A stretch of DNA of 64,000 nt from an uncultured Phycisphaerales bacterium (GTDB taxonomy: Bacteria > Planctomycetota > Phycisphaerae > Tepidisphaerales > Tepidisphaeraceae): positions 1,792,001 to 1,856,000 of the forward strand of contig CAVWLP010000002.1 of assembly GCA_963755915.1 (NCBI GenBank), given 5' to 3'. The position numbers were made by a program, and so were the translations under genes. Under the pieces are notes generated by a model. The model was not told the origin of the DNA, did no database searches, and saw only the letters and a program-made list of their open reading frames with translations. This document shows, piece by piece, positions 62,457-64,000 of the stretch (positions within the stretch are counted from its first letter, which is position 1; every line of letters begins with the position of its first letter).

Positions 62457-64000
62457 ATGTCGATTGCTGAGGACGAGGCTGGGGTTGTGAACAGCGCGCT
62501 CCCGGCGGGAGCGGCAGCGCCGCGCGCATCCAAGGGGCGCGGCGAAGGGTGGATTGTTTTTGCTTTGACGGCCTTTTCGGCGGTGCTTTGTTTCAACCGG
62601 CTGAATCATCCGCCGATGCTGATCGATGAATCGCTGACCTACTGGCGGATTTGCGGGACGATGGGGGAGATGCTGGACACGCTGCGGCACGACGCGTTTA
62701 CGCCGCTGCATTATGAGCTGCTGAACTGGATTCGGAATGGGATGCCGCTGGGGTTTGGGATTCGGATCGTTCGCGGGGGGATTATTATGACCCCCGCGGT
62801 GATGCGATTTGTGCCGGCGCTGTCGGGGACGCTGATGACGCCGGTGATGTATTTCCTGGCGCGGCAGCTTTTCAACCGGCGGACGGCGGTCATCGCGGCG
62901 GCGTTTATCGCTTGTTCGGCTTATGGGCTGTTTTTTTCGCGCTATGCGAAGATGTACGCGTCGGCGTGGATGCTGGAGACGCTGAGCATCGCGTGCTTCG
63001 CGTGGTGGATGAACAGTGAAAAGCGGCTGGCGTGGCTGTGTTGGATCGCAACGGGGATCGCGGCGGGAGGGTTTCATGGGGTTACGTTTCTGGTGATTAT
63101 TCCGCTGCCGATTCTTTATTTTGTGTCGATGTTCCGGTTTGGCGGGTGGCGGGTGCCGATGTTGATTGGCGGGGTTGTTCTCATCGGGGTGGGGCCGGCG
63201 ATTTATTACGAGGTTTTCAATCAATGGATGCGGAATACCGGAGGGCTTGTGCCGGGGGTTGTGGGCAAGTCGAGCGCGGATGCGAACTGGGATGCGAGCG
63301 GGCTTGCGTGGCTGGATGCGATTGACAATTCGTTCGAGGCGCCGTTTCGGGCGCTCAATGCGTACCTGAGCGGATTTGAATGGAGTTCGCTGGACGATCT
63401 GGCGGAGCCGGCGCCGTTCGTGCAGAAGTTTGGGGCGGCGATGGTGGGGCTGGCGGTTGCGACGTATGGGCTGTTTATTTTTGGGGCGCTGCCGTGGCCG
63501 CATTTGCGAAATCCGGCCTTGAACGAGCGGACCGTGCAACCGTGGTGGAGGTCGGCGCTGTGGCTGATGATCTGGATTGTGATGCCGGTTTATGGATTTT
63601 TCTATTGCCGGTCGGTGCCGGATTTCTGCTCGCCGATGGTTTGGATTACCGCGGCTTGGGAGGTGGTGCGGCCGGTTTGGTGGGAGGCGGTGATCGGGGC
63701 GACGCTCATTGCGGCGGCGCTGAATTTTCTGCCCAAGGCGGGGAAATTTCTGGCGATTCCGGTGCTGCTGGTGGCGGTCGCGGCGGTGGTGCAGACGGGG
63801 CGGAACAAACTTGAATGGATGGATTATCTGAGCCGGCCGACGATTTTGGTGGATGTGCTGGCGATTCCGTCAGCGCTTATTTTTCATTTCAGCGGCTCAA
63901 AGCTTTCGCAGCGATGCGTGCAGCTTTTGCGATTTGTGGGGATCAACGTGATTGTGCTGGGGATGTGCGAGATCATGTTTTTCGCGTGGACGTGGATGCA
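62457..64000 (+). CDS. GT-C fold (family 39/ArnT-like) membrane glycosyltransferase, truncated by the window end
   Basis: Hand translation: TM helix then PPMLIDESLTYW (DE motif), FTPLHYELL, MRFVPALSG, RYAKMYA; many TM helices. Confidence 0.8.
   Translation, partial: MSIAEDEAGVVNSALPAGAAAPRASKGRGEGWIVFALTAFSAVLCFNRLNHPPMLIDESLTYWRICGTMGEMLDTLRHDAFTPLHYELLNWIRNGMPLGFGIRIVRGGIIMTPAVMRFVPALSGTLMTPVMYFLARQLFNRRTAVIAAAFIACSAYGLFFSRYAKMYASAWMLETLSIACFAWWMNSEKRLAWLCWIATGIAAGGFHGVTFLVIIPLPILYFVSMFRFGGWRVPMLIGGVVLIGVGPAIYYEVFNQWMRNTGGLVPGVVGKSSADANWDASGLAWLDAIDNSFEAPFRALNAYLSGFEWSSLDDLAEPAPFVQKFGAAMVGLAVATYGLFIFGALPWPHLRNPALNERTVQPWWRSALWLMIWIVMPVYGFFYCRSVPDFCSPMVWITAAWEVVRPVWWEAVIGATLIAAALNFLPKAGKFLAIPVLLVAVAAVVQTGRNKLEWMDYLSRPTILVDVLAIPSALIFHFSGSKLSQRCVQLLRFVGINVIVLGMCEIMFFAWTWM

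Overview
GC-rich bacterial chromosomal DNA, most likely from a Phycisphaerae-type planctomycete. This is inferred from a LEPR-XLL-type secreted protein, two PEP-CTERM proteins, CxxC-x16-CxxC zinc ribbons and a reduced dcw cluster. Many genes, including essential ones (dnaE, dnaK, nadE), carry small indels that look like uncorrected long-read errors, so split ORFs were rejoined by eye and those boundaries are approximate. Housekeeping genes are dnaE, nadE, dnaK, xseB, rsmH, an ftsL-like gene, ftsI, queA, xerD, purE and GTP-dependent PEPCK. The most notable locus is 8468-12477, a co-directional, eukaryote-like ubiquitination cassette: an E1, a membrane-anchored JAB/MPN isopeptidase, a membrane-anchored FHA + Zn-ribbon + C4HC3 RING-type E3 candidate (its FHA domain is hidden by a frameshift) and a Zn-ribbon + E2. 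No ubiquitin-like gene is visible in the window. Also present: a complete IS110-family (IS1111-like) element with definable ends and a candidate bridge/seek RNA region, two HigBA toxin-antitoxin loci with near-identical promoters (one inside the dcw cluster), two REP-like repeat families, a sigma54-type promoter before dnaK, and several apparently leaderless genes. All assignments come from motif recognition; no searches were run.
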